A stretch of 16,601 bases of DNA from a bacterium. GTDB taxonomy: Bacteria; SZUA-182; DTGQ01; JAFGSM01. Made by a program: the position numbers and the translations under genes. The stretch lies in assembly GCA_049472335.1 (NCBI GenBank), contig JBLIRO010000062.1, positions 1-16,601 of the forward strand. The letters run 5' to 3'. The notes beneath the pieces are model-generated. The model searched no databases. It was not told the DNA's origin and saw nothing but the letters and a program-made list of their open reading frames with translations. Numbering within the stretch: the first letter of the stretch is position 1; each line of letters starts with the position of its first letter. Of the stretch, positions 8,355-16,601 are shown one piece after another.

Positions 8355-9723
8355 ATGCAAGATCATGAAATTACATACAAGATAAAGAAGAGCCTCACCT
8401 ACTCTATCCTTGATGGGACTTTCTATTCAGCAATGGTTGGCTTCGGGGAATCCTTTTTTCTGTCTTTGCAGTGTTTTTGAATGCCAATAATATCCATTTA
8501 GGAATATTGGGTTCGCTGCCTCATACACTAGGCTCATTGTCCCAGATCTATTCAAATAAACTACTAAAATTAATGAAATCCAGAAAAAGGCTTATTTGCT
8601 CATTTGCCTTTCTTCAGGGAATCATGTATATCCCGATCGGGCTTGTGTTCTTTTTTGGCAATCTTAGAATAATATACCTCATATTTTTTGTATGCTCTAT
8701 TGGATCTTTGGAATGATTCTTAATCCAGCGTGGAATAGCTGGATGGGGGATCTTGTGGATGAAAATGAAAGAGGGGTATATTTTGGTCAAAGGAACAAGA
8801 TTACAGGTTTCATGGCCTTTCTCTCCTTCATAGGAGGCGGATATATTTTACAGTTGTTTCTCAACGGGGTCCAAACACAATATAAGGGATTTATTATAAT
8901 ATTTGCCCTGGCACTGATCTCAAGGCTGTTATCCTTTTTCTTCTTAACCCAAAAATATGAGCCGGAGTACAATGTAACCAATGAGCACAAGATACGTTTT
9001 ATGGATTTCTTAAGGGAAGCAAGGCACCAAAACTGCGGACTACTCATTTTTTATCTATCCCTCATGAATTTCGCTGTTTATATTGCAGGCCCGTTTTTTA
9101 CTCCATATATGCTCTATGATCTGAAATTTGATTATAAGACCTTTACCATGGTAAATGCCGCTTCCCTTATCATAAAATTCCTGACAATGCCTTTATGGGG
9201 AGAATTTCTCGACAAATACGGCACAAAAAAGATCCTTGTGATATCGGGTCTCCTGATGCCTGTAATCCCTTTGTTATGGACATTTTCATCGTCAACACCT
9301 TATCTTGTTTTGATCCAGGTTTATAACGGCTTTATATGGGCGGGATTTGAGATAGCCTCATTCAGTTTCTTATTTGATACCACACTCCCGAACCAGAGAG
9401 CTACATATGTGGCTTATTATAATGTCTTGAATGGGATTGCCGTATTAATAGGCGGGATATTAGGCGGTATCATTGTAAGATATAACAGCCTTTTTGCATC
9501 CGCTTATTTTCTTGTGTTTATTTTGAGCTTCCTCACCAGGTATGCAATATCCTTTTTCTTTTTACCCAAGTTAAAAGAGGCAAGGATTGTAGAGGAGATA
9601 TCCTACGGCAAGTTACTCCTGAAGATCTTAACCACAAGGCCTTCAAGAGGGATAATTTATAGCCCCGTAATCCTCAAAAAGGAACAGACACCCGATCATA
9701 AAAATAACTGTTCACCTTATTGA
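8355..9723 (+). pseudogene. MFS transporter with two -1 frameshifts (pseudogene or assembly homopolymer error); about 456 aa if repaired
   Basis: ATG 8355 gives MQDHEITYKIKKSLTYSILDGTFYSAMVGFGESFF. The frame shifts at T6 8454-8459 into SVFAVFLNANN, then again near T6 8684-8689 into LYWIFGMILNPAWNSWMGDLV. MFS motif WGEFLDKYGTKK. Extended -10 TGaTATAAT at 8296-8304. Confidence 0.85.
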
Positions 9724-9728
9724 GATTA

Positions 9729-9757
9729 TTGACACTTTCCGATTTCTCTGATTTAAT
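9729..9757 (+). promoter_or_regulatory. Sigma70 promoter upstream of ygiQ
   Basis: TTGACA (9729-9734), 17 bp spacer, TTTAAT (9752-9757), with an extended TG. Confidence 0.5.
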
Positions 9758-9797
9758 TTTTACAAAGAACATGTAATAAAATTAAATATATTAAAGG

Positions 9798-9930
9798 TGA
9801 TGGATTCGTAAAAAGTTATTTCGTCGTCTCCGGGCCTTTTTTGAAAGCCCTAAAGCTCGCTTTGCTACGCTAAGGGCCTTTAACAAAAAATGCCAATGAC
9901 TCCTTCAATGACTTTTTTACGATCTTATCA
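9798..9930. mobile_element. MITE-like non-autonomous element, 133 bp
   Basis: Imperfect terminal inverted repeats TGATGGATTCGTAAAAAGTTATT and AATGACTTTTTTACGATCTTATCA. Internal hairpin TTTTTTGAAAGCCC...GGGCCTTTAACAAAAAA. No transposase. Confidence 0.6.
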
Positions 9931-9940
9931 GAGACGTCCG

Positions 9941-11638
9941 ATGTTTCTCCCAACAACACTTGCAGAAATAAAAAAACTTGGCTGGAAACAGCTTGATATT
10001 ATAATCATCTCAGGAGATACATATATTGACAGCCCTTACATAGGTGCGGCAGTGATTGGCAAAGTGCTGCTCGCACGCGGGTATAAGGTGGGAATAATCG
10101 CCCAGCCCGATATTACTTCCGGAGATGATATTTCACGTCTTGGTGAGCCAGGTCTCTTTTGGGGCGTAACATCAGGAAATGTGGATTCTATGGTTTCAAA
10201 CTACACCGCCTCCAAAAAAAGAAGAAAAAAGGACGATTTCACACCCGGAGGGATTAATAACAGAAGACCTGACAGGGCGCTCATTGTTTATGTCAATCTA
10301 GTTAGAAGATATTTCAAAAATACGGTTCCGATAGTAATAGGCGGCATCGACGCAAGTCTCAGAAGAATCGCCCATTATGATTACTGGACAAATGGAATAA
10401 GACGGTCGATCCTCTTTGAGTCAAAGGCTGATATACTTGTTTACGGAATGGGTGAAAAGGCAGTTCTCGACCTCGCGGACAAACTCAAAGAAGGTAGAGA
10501 TTATAAAGAAATTAAAGGGATTTGTTATATTGACAAATCTCATAAAGATGGATTTCTGGAGCTTCCTTCCTATGAAAAGGCATCCAAAGATAAAAGGCTT
10601 TTGGCAGAGATGTTCCAGACATTCTATAAAAACAATGATCCCTTAACAGCAAAGGGTATGACACAAAAGTACGGAGACCGGTATCTGATTCATAACCCTC
10701 CTCAAGCATTGCTCACGTGCAGGGAATTGGATCATATTCATAATCTCCATTACGAGCGGGATGTTCATCCTTTTTATAAGAAAAAGGGGGTCGTGAGGGC
10801 CGTTGAAACAATACGTTTTTCTATCATCAGCCACAGGGGCTGTTACGGGGAATGTAATTTTTGTGCCATCCCTATCCATCAGGGAAGGGCTGTCATATCC
10901 CGAAGCCATGAGTCAATCCTAAAAGAAGTCAAAGAGATTACCGGACACCCTGGATTTAACGGCATTATCTATGATGTGGGAGGGCCGACTGCAAATATGT
11001 ATAAGATAGAATGCAGGAAAAAAACAAGATCCGGGGCCTGCGCAGACAGGAGGTGCCTGTATCCGGCGATTTGTCCGCATTTAAGAGTAAATCATGAATC
11101 TCAAATAAATTTATTGAAGCAAATAAGGGAAATGCCGAAGATAAAAAAGGTATTTGTGGCATCCGGTATTCGGTATGATCTTGTTCTGTTTGATGCAAAA
11201 TCAGGAAAAGATTATTTGCGGGAGCTTGTTGAATATCATATTTCCGGACAATTAAAGCTGGCTCCCGAACATTCGGAAAGTCATGTTCTTAAACTTATTG
11301 GAAAGCCTGACGGACAGGATCTATTAATCTTTAAAAAGCTTTTTGACAAACTCAACAGGCAAAAGGCCAAGAGACAGTTTCTCACCTATTACTTCATCGC
11401 CGCTCATCCCGGCTGCACATATAATGATATGAAAATACTCAGGATATTCTGTCAAAATTATCTCAGATTACATCCGGAACAAGTCCAGATTTTTACTCCA
11501 ACGCCATCTACCTATTCATCACTAATGTACTGGACAGGAATGGATCCGTTTTCAGGAAAAGGGATCTTTGTCGAAAAGGATATAGCCAAAAAGGAAAGAC
11601 AAAAACGTGTATTAAAAGGTTTCCATAAAAGATCCTAG
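9941..11638 (+). CDS. ygiQ: YgiQ family (UPF0313) radical SAM protein
   Basis: Family N-terminus MFLPTT..E...LGW..LDIII.SGD.Y.D.P, GNVDSMV.NYTA, RGCYGECNFC, DVGGPTANMY, SGIRYD, APEH, YFIAAHPG, QVQIFTPTP. The ORF-track start at 9890 falls inside the MITE-like element. Confidence 0.93.
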   Translation: MFLPTTLAEIKKLGWKQLDIIIISGDTYIDSPYIGAAVIGKVLLARGYKVGIIAQPDITSGDDISRLGEPGLFWGVTSGNVDSMVSNYTASKKRRKKDDFTPGGINNRRPDRALIVYVNLVRRYFKNTVPIVIGGIDASLRRIAHYDYWTNGIRRSILFESKADILVYGMGEKAVLDLADKLKEGRDYKEIKGICYIDKSHKDGFLELPSYEKASKDKRLLAEMFQTFYKNNDPLTAKGMTQKYGDRYLIHNPPQALLTCRELDHIHNLHYERDVHPFYKKKGVVRAVETIRFSIISHRGCYGECNFCAIPIHQGRAVISRSHESILKEVKEITGHPGFNGIIYDVGGPTANMYKIECRKKTRSGACADRRCLYPAICPHLRVNHESQINLLKQIREMPKIKKVFVASGIRYDLVLFDAKSGKDYLRELVEYHISGQLKLAPEHSESHVLKLIGKPDGQDLLIFKKLFDKLNRQKAKRQFLTYYFIAAHPGCTYNDMKILRIFCQNYLRLHPEQVQIFTPTPSTYSSLMYWTGMDPFSGKGIFVEKDIAKKERQKRVLKGFHKRS

Positions 11639-11905
11639 CCTAAAGACTCAAAACATCAAGTGAGATCAAAGGCCTCAGAATTAAGGGTCATAAGAAGGAC
11701 AAGGATTGGGTCTCAAATGATTTTCCCCTGGGGAGAAATTTACAGGAAAAATTGATTTTACACGAAATGAGAATATAAAATAGAAGACTTGTTTCCGAAT
11801 GAAATGAAAAGGTCAGGGGCGGAAAAATGGCTTGAATAAGGATCTTGCTTATTCAATCCCTGAAAAACACATTGTATTGATTTTGATGATTAAGCATTAT
11901 TCGTT

Positions 11906-12658
11906 TTGAAACCCGGGAAAAAAATATACTTTATCTCTGATGCACATTTTGGCATTCCGAATCTTGAAGAAAGTCTTGAAAGGGAGAAAAGACTAGTCAG
12001 ATGGCTCGGGGAGGCTGAAAAGGATGCCAAGGAATTTTTTCTGCTGGGAGATATCTTCGATTTCTGGTTTGAATATAAAACCGCCGTACCCCGCGGGTTT
12101 GTTCGTTTTCTTGGAAAATTGTGCGAGATCACAGACTCAGGTATCCCTGTCAACTTTTTTACCGGAAATCACGACATCTGGATTTACGATTACCTTCCGA
12201 AGGAAACAGGAGTAAAAATTCACCGGGGCCCCATAAGGCGTAGATTCAATGGAAAGACTTTCTTAATAGCCCATGGTGATGGATTAGGACCGTCCGACAG
12301 CTATTTTAAAATCATTAAGAGGGTTTTTAGAAACCGCCTTGCCCAGCATTTGTTCGCACTTATTCATCCGGATTTCGGTATTAAGCTGGCCATGTATTTA
12401 TCAAGGAAAAGCAGGAAATCCCTTCCGGAAGAGGAATTTTCCTTTAAAGGCGAAGATAAAGAATGGCTTGTCTTATACGCCAGGGGAATCCTGCAAAAAG
12501 AGCACATTGATTATTTTATTTTTGGCCACAGGCACGTTCCTATTTTGTTCAAGCTTAACGAAAAAAGCACCTTTATAAATATAGGCGACTGGCTGACCCA
12601 TTTCACCTATGCGGTTTTTGACGAAAAACGGGTCGATTTGCTTAAATATAAGGATTAA
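11906..12658 (+). CDS. lpxH: UDP-2,3-diacylglucosamine diphosphatase (LpxH-like metallophosphoesterase)
   Basis: SDAH, GDIFDFWFE, GNHD, HGD, GHRH and N.GDW motifs. TTG start. Confidence 0.85.
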   Translation: MKPGKKIYFISDAHFGIPNLEESLEREKRLVRWLGEAEKDAKEFFLLGDIFDFWFEYKTAVPRGFVRFLGKLCEITDSGIPVNFFTGNHDIWIYDYLPKETGVKIHRGPIRRRFNGKTFLIAHGDGLGPSDSYFKIIKRVFRNRLAQHLFALIHPDFGIKLAMYLSRKSRKSLPEEEFSFKGEDKEWLVLYARGILQKEHIDYFIFGHRHVPILFKLNEKSTFINIGDWLTHFTYAVFDEKRVDLLKYKD

Positions 12659-12819
12659 TAATCCCCGGGCATTTCATCCTGAAACCGTCTCTAAAAAGAA
12701 CCTGTCCATATCTCCGGACTTTTGCCTTTTAAAAAATATTATAAATAAAGTATAATAAAATCAGAAAAGAGTGCGCATCTTTAAACAACTAAAATGTTAT
12801 AAAGATAAAAGGTTAAAAA

Positions 12820-13488
12820 ATGAGGATATTACTAATCGAAGATGAGCTGAAAATCGCCAATTTCATTGAACGTGGTCTTAAAGAAGAGCATTTTGCTGTA
12901 GATATAGCTTACAACGGAGAGAATGCCCTTTATTTATCTGATATTTATACTTATGATCTGATAATTCTGGATCTTATGTTACCTGACAAGGACGGCATAT
13001 CCATTTGCAGGGAGATTAGAAACAAAAAAATAGACACCCCCATACTGATGTTGACAGCCCGGGATGGTATCAAAGATAAAGTAATGGGGTTGGATTCCGG
13101 GGCTGATGACTATCTCACAAAGCCCTTTGCTTTTGAAGAGCTTTTAGCCAGGATAAGGGCCTTGCTTCGAAGGAAAAGAACAGAAAAGACATCTACGCTA
13201 AAAATAGCCGATCTGGAATTAGACCAGATAAATCATAGGGTCAAGCGGGCAGGAAAGGAAATCGATCTGACAAACAAAGAGTATGCCCTGCTTGAATACT
13301 TGCTTCTTCATGCTAATCAGGTTGTAACGAGGACAATGATTTCCGAACATGTATGGGATGAGAATTTCGACTGCTTTACAAATATTACAGATGTTTATAT
13401 TAAATACCTGCGCAATAAAATTGATAAGGATTTCGCCAAACAACTCATTCATACGGTCAGGGGGGTCGGGTACATCCTCAAGGAATAA
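12820..13488 (+). CDS. OmpR/PhoB family response regulator (CusR/CzcR-like)
   Basis: MRILLIEDE, phosphoacceptor in LDLMLP, LTA, GADDYLTKPF, and a winged helix ending IHTVRGVGY. Confidence 0.96.
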   Translation: MRILLIEDELKIANFIERGLKEEHFAVDIAYNGENALYLSDIYTYDLIILDLMLPDKDGISICREIRNKKIDTPILMLTARDGIKDKVMGLDSGADDYLTKPFAFEELLARIRALLRRKRTEKTSTLKIADLELDQINHRVKRAGKEIDLTNKEYALLEYLLLHANQVVTRTMISEHVWDENFDCFTNITDVYIKYLRNKIDKDFAKQLIHTVRGVGYILKE

Positions 13489-13493
13489 CCTGC

Positions 13494-14990
13494 ATGAAGC
13501 TTAATTCCATCCGATTCAAGATAAGTGTTTTATATGTGGCCATTTTAGGGGCCATTTTGATTATTTACAGCACTTTTCTCTATTTTACCCTTCATTATAC
13601 CCTCTATCATGAGCTCGATGATGATCTTATATTAAAGGCAAAAGAGATAATTCAGACAATCGATTTTTACCTGGAGTATCTCGATGACACTCAGGATGCC
13701 CTTCAGCTTGCAGTCCGGAAGATAATACAGTTCGAAGAAGAGCATCCTGATTCCTTTGAAATAAAGGAATTCGATAAAATAAGGCAATTCGAAAATATGT
13801 GGCTCCAGCAGGTGGATAAATACGACCTGAAAGAGGATTTTATAAATTTTTCAGACTCCAATTTCAAGTCAATAATTCATTCTGACAATTTCAATGAAAA
13901 ACTGCTGAGTGTGTTTGTAAAAAATCTAAAAAGGGATTCCAGGAAAAATCCGGCATTTATAAATATAAATTTAAAAAACAACAGAATAAGAACCATCCTT
14001 ATTCCTTTTTTTTATAAAGATCAACAATATTTCCTGCAGATAGGAACTTCTGTTAAACCTATTATCCAGATTTTAACCAATAGATTATTATATATAATTA
14101 TTACCATTCCTGTTATCCTTTTATTTGCGAGCTTTTTGGGGCGGCTTATTACTGCAAGGATCTTAAAGCCGGTATTCGAAATCACCAGAACAGCAGAGAA
14201 TATTACACACGAAAATTTAAGCGAACGGGTAAAATCGAAACATATTGACCAGGAGATGAGATATCTTGTCAGTGCATTTAATGATATGATAGGACGATTG
14301 GAGGAATCCTTCAAATATATATCCGAATTCAGCTCCCATGTAGCCCATGAGCTAAAAACCCCTCTGGCCATAATAAAGGGAGAATCCGAACTCGCCTTAA
14401 GAAAAGATCGAGAAGTCGAAGATTATAAAAGGGCCATCAAAATCAATTTAGAGGAAACCGAGAGAATGCTGAAGGTCGTTAATGATCTTCTTCTGCTAAC
14501 CAGATTGGATTATCGGGATGATGTTTTTAAATTCGAAGATATTGATTTCAAAAATTTTCTTCTTGAAATATACGAACAGAGTCAGATATTGGCAACTGTA
14601 AAAGAGATTAAAATAAATATTCACATTTTAAATGAAACAATATATGTGAATGGGGACAAATTGCATTTAAGACGGTTATTCTTCAATATCCTGGACAATG
14701 CCATAAAATTTACTCCGGAAAAAGGCAGAATAGATATATTTATAGTCATCGATGATAAAAAGGTGATGGTCTCTATCTCAGACACTGGGATAGGAATTTC
14801 GGAGGAAGATTTACCGCAGATATTCAACAGATTCTTTCGTGGAGACATAGAAGAAAAGGGCATAGAGTCCGGCAGTGGGTTAGGGTTAAGCATAGCCTCA
14901 TCCATAGCCAAAATCCACAAAGGCAGCATTTGTGCGGAGAGCAAACCCGGAGAAGGTGCTACCTTTACCGTATCCTTGTCTGTTCTATGA
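13494..14990 (+). CDS. Membrane sensor histidine kinase (2 TM, HAMP, HisKA, HATPase), CusS/CzcS-like
   Basis: H box AHELKTPL, N box LDNAIKFT, G1 DTGIGI, F box IFNRFFR, G2 GSGLGL. Starts 5 bp after the regulator. Confidence 0.96.
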   Translation: MKLNSIRFKISVLYVAILGAILIIYSTFLYFTLHYTLYHELDDDLILKAKEIIQTIDFYLEYLDDTQDALQLAVRKIIQFEEEHPDSFEIKEFDKIRQFENMWLQQVDKYDLKEDFINFSDSNFKSIIHSDNFNEKLLSVFVKNLKRDSRKNPAFININLKNNRIRTILIPFFYKDQQYFLQIGTSVKPIIQILTNRLLYIIITIPVILLFASFLGRLITARILKPVFEITRTAENITHENLSERVKSKHIDQEMRYLVSAFNDMIGRLEESFKYISEFSSHVAHELKTPLAIIKGESELALRKDREVEDYKRAIKINLEETERMLKVVNDLLLLTRLDYRDDVFKFEDIDFKNFLLEIYEQSQILATVKEIKINIHILNETIYVNGDKLHLRRLFFNILDNAIKFTPEKGRIDIFIVIDDKKVMVSISDTGIGISEEDLPQIFNRFFRGDIEEKGIESGSGLGLSIASSIAKIHKGSICAESKPGEGATFTVSLSVL

Positions 14991-15351
14991 TATCTCTATC
15001 TCTCTTCTTTTCCATTTTTCTTCACAAGGAACTGAGTTATTGATCCGGAAAGTAAATAACGCCCTGCAAAATTGATTGGTCAAGATTATAATTTTATATT
15101 TTTCAGCTTATTGAACATCAAAAACATAAATAGATCTAATAAACATATCGTCTCCATAATAGTAAAAATTAAATCATATGATTTGGATCAATTCGTCGTT
15201 ACATTAATACTCACATATAGATACAGTGTTTCCGTAGTCCAGTGTATACAATCTTAATACTGAACAATCGATGACAGAATTCGGTCAAGAGCGGATATTT
15301 CCCATAAAGAAATGCATATGCAAAGTTTTACCAAACGATTTCTAATATTTT

Positions 15352-15384
15352 GAAAAGAAAAAAGGGTCGCGAATGCAACCCTTT
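15352..15384 (-). terminator. Intrinsic terminator downstream of the tRNA fragment
   Basis: Minus strand AAAGGGTTGC-ATTC-GCGACCCTTT followed by TTTCTTTT. Confidence 0.85.
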
Positions 15385-15390
15385 GGTGAT

Positions 15391-15432
15391 TGGCATCCCC
15401 AAGGGAAGTCGAATCCCTGTCGCCGCCGTGAA
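15391..15432 (-). tRNA. 3' half of tRNA-Glu(TTC), truncated in the anticodon loop; probable att site of an integrated element
   Basis: Minus strand TTC-AC-GGCGG-CGAC-AGGGA-TTCGACT-TCCCT-TGGGGAT-G-CCA. This gives the anticodon, 3' anticodon stem, intact T-arm, acceptor strand and encoded CCA. The upstream sequence lacks the CCGCC stem, D-arm and 5' acceptor strand. Confidence 0.88.
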
Positions 15433-15470
15433 TGGATTAGCTATCTCATTATTTTCAAATAATTTGTTTA

Positions 15471-15573
15471 ACCCAACGTGCTTCGAATGTGCTGACGACA
15501 TGGACAACGGAACATACAAGATTTGTCCAAGTACTTCTCGATATTTTTCAATGTCGTCAGACGTTTGTTAAGT
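15471..15573 (-). other. attC-like recombination site, 103 bp, atypical
   Basis: Minus strand ACTTAAC (RYYYAAC, containing the upstream gene's stop codon) to GTTGGGT (GTTRRRY). Internal perfect 10-bp inverted repeat CTGACGACAT/ATGTCGTCAG, plus an inner TGGACAA/TTGTCCA hairpin. L-box spacing is non-canonical. Confidence 0.5.
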
Positions 15574-16601
15574 GATATCGCCAACTCCCTTAAGACTCCA
15601 GTTGTTACCAACAGGCGTATGAATATCAAAGCCTCCGGTCCGTGTGCCATTGTCCATTGGCCAGTAGTGCACCTGTCCGTCGTTGCGTTGCCAGATGATA
15701 TCGGCCGTGCCATCGCCGTTCACGTCGCCCACACCCTTTAAACTCCAGTTGCTGCCCACCGGCGTGTGGATATTGATACCGCCGGTCCGTGTGCCATTGT
15801 CCATTGGCCAGTAGTGCACCTGACCGTCATTTCGCTGCCAGATAATATCTGCGGTGCCATCACCGTTTACATCACCAACACCCTTAAGACTCCAGTTGCT
15901 ACCAACAGGTGTATGGATGTTAAATCCACCGATCCGATTGCCATTGTCCATCGCCCAGTAGTGTACCTGCCCATCGTTGCGTTGCCAGATGATATCGGCC
16001 GTGCCATCGCCATTCACGTCGCCCACACCCTTTAAACTCCAGTTGCTGCCCACCGGCGTGTGGATATTGATACCCCCGATCCGTTTACCATTGTCCATCG
16101 GCCAGTAATGGACCTGTCCGTCGTTGCGTTGCCAGATGATATCGGCGGTACCATCGCCATTCACATCGCCAACACCCTTCAGGCTCCAGTTGCTGCCAAC
16201 AGGCGTATGGATATTAAAGCCACCGAGTCGACGCGCAGTTTCGATTGGCCAGTAGTGCACCTGCCCATCGTTGTGTTGCCAGACGATGTCAGCAGTGTGT
16301 TCACTGTTGCCTAGCTGCCAAATAATGTCATCGGTTCCATCTCCATTCACATCACCAACACCTTCTAGATTCCATTTCACACCAACAGGCGTATGAATAT
16401 TGATACCACCAGTCCGTTGACCGTTGGCCATCGGCCAGTAATGCACCTGTCCATTTTTGTGTTGCCAGATGATGTCATCGGTACCATCCCCGTTTACATC
16501 GCCAATTCCTTTTAGATTCCATTCCACACCAACAGGCGTATGAATATTGATACCACCAGTCCGTTGACCGTTGGCCATCGGCCAGTAATGCACCTGTCCA
16601 T
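15568..16601 (-). CDS. FG-GAP/VCBS-like repeat beta-propeller protein, 5' end outside the window
   Basis: About 7 visible 49-aa repeats DIIWQxNDGQVHYWPMxNGxRxGGxNIHTPVGSNWSLKGVGDVNGDGTA, with DxNGDG Ca-binding loops. The frame is open to the window edge. Confidence 0.92.
   Translation of the reverse strand, partial: GQVHYWPMANGQRTGGINIHTPVGVEWNLKGIGDVNGDGTDDIIWQHKNGQVHYWPMANGQRTGGINIHTPVGVKWNLEGVGDVNGDGTDDIIWQLGNSEHTADIVWQHNDGQVHYWPIETARRLGGFNIHTPVGSNWSLKGVGDVNGDGTADIIWQRNDGQVHYWPMDNGKRIGGINIHTPVGSNWSLKGVGDVNGDGTADIIWQRNDGQVHYWAMDNGNRIGGFNIHTPVGSNWSLKGVGDVNGDGTADIIWQRNDGQVHYWPMDNGTRTGGINIHTPVGSNWSLKGVGDVNGDGTADIIWQRNDGQVHYWPMDNGTRTGGFDIHTPVGNNWSLKGVGDIT
15574..16601. repeat. Intragenic 147-bp tandem repeats
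   Basis: The CCAGTA anchor recurs at 15661, 15808, 15955, 16102 and 16249 (147 apart), then 16435 (+186) and 16582 (+147). Confidence 0.92.

Noticed and set aside
11639..11755. Open frame continuing past the ygiQ TAG (possible readthrough or pyrrolysine)
   Set aside because: YgiQ appears complete at the TAG, the extension has no recognisable features, and no pyl genes are seen.
344..14944. Other short ORF-track entries nested in or antisense to the main genes
   Set aside because: They are shadow frames of well-supported genes with no independent evidence.
15072..15741. Short ORFs 15072..15257, 15328..15519, 15350..15571, 15468..15713 and 15523..15741
   Set aside because: Most overlap the tRNA fragment, terminator, hairpin or repeat gene. 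None has a convincing RBS or protein-like motif.
15574..16601. Regular repeats as a CRISPR array or DGR template/variable pair
   Set aside because: The units are in-frame 147-bp coding repeats with mainly synonymous differences. There are no unique spacers, no adenine-specific variation and no reverse transcriptase.

Overview
Bacterial chromosomal window, fairly AT-rich and Gram-negative (lpxH present). Positions 1-15350 hold a patchwork of mostly stand-alone genes: an unlisted 43-aa membrane peptide, a deleted ArsB/NhaD transporter remnant, an alpha/beta hydrolase, a DUF4203-like membrane protein, a COG2108-like radical SAM protein, a secreted Zn-dependent phospholipase C/S1-P1-like protein, an ATP-grasp protein, a YkgJ-type Cys-cluster protein, a doubly frameshifted MFS transporter, YgiQ radical SAM, LpxH and an OmpR-family two-component pair. 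The most interesting part is the right end, on the minus strand. A GC-richer FG-GAP/VCBS repeat gene stops inside an attC-like hairpin (15471-15573). About 40 bp later comes an orphan 3' half of tRNA-Glu, cut in the anticodon loop, with its terminator. This looks like the boundary of a tRNA-Glu-integrated island whose last cargo gene may be an integron-type cassette. Smaller items are a MITE-like element in the ygiQ leader, a heptamer-built inverted repeat, a perfect FNR-type box over a -35 element, and a possible decayed group II intron 5' end. All calls are by eye; no searches were run.
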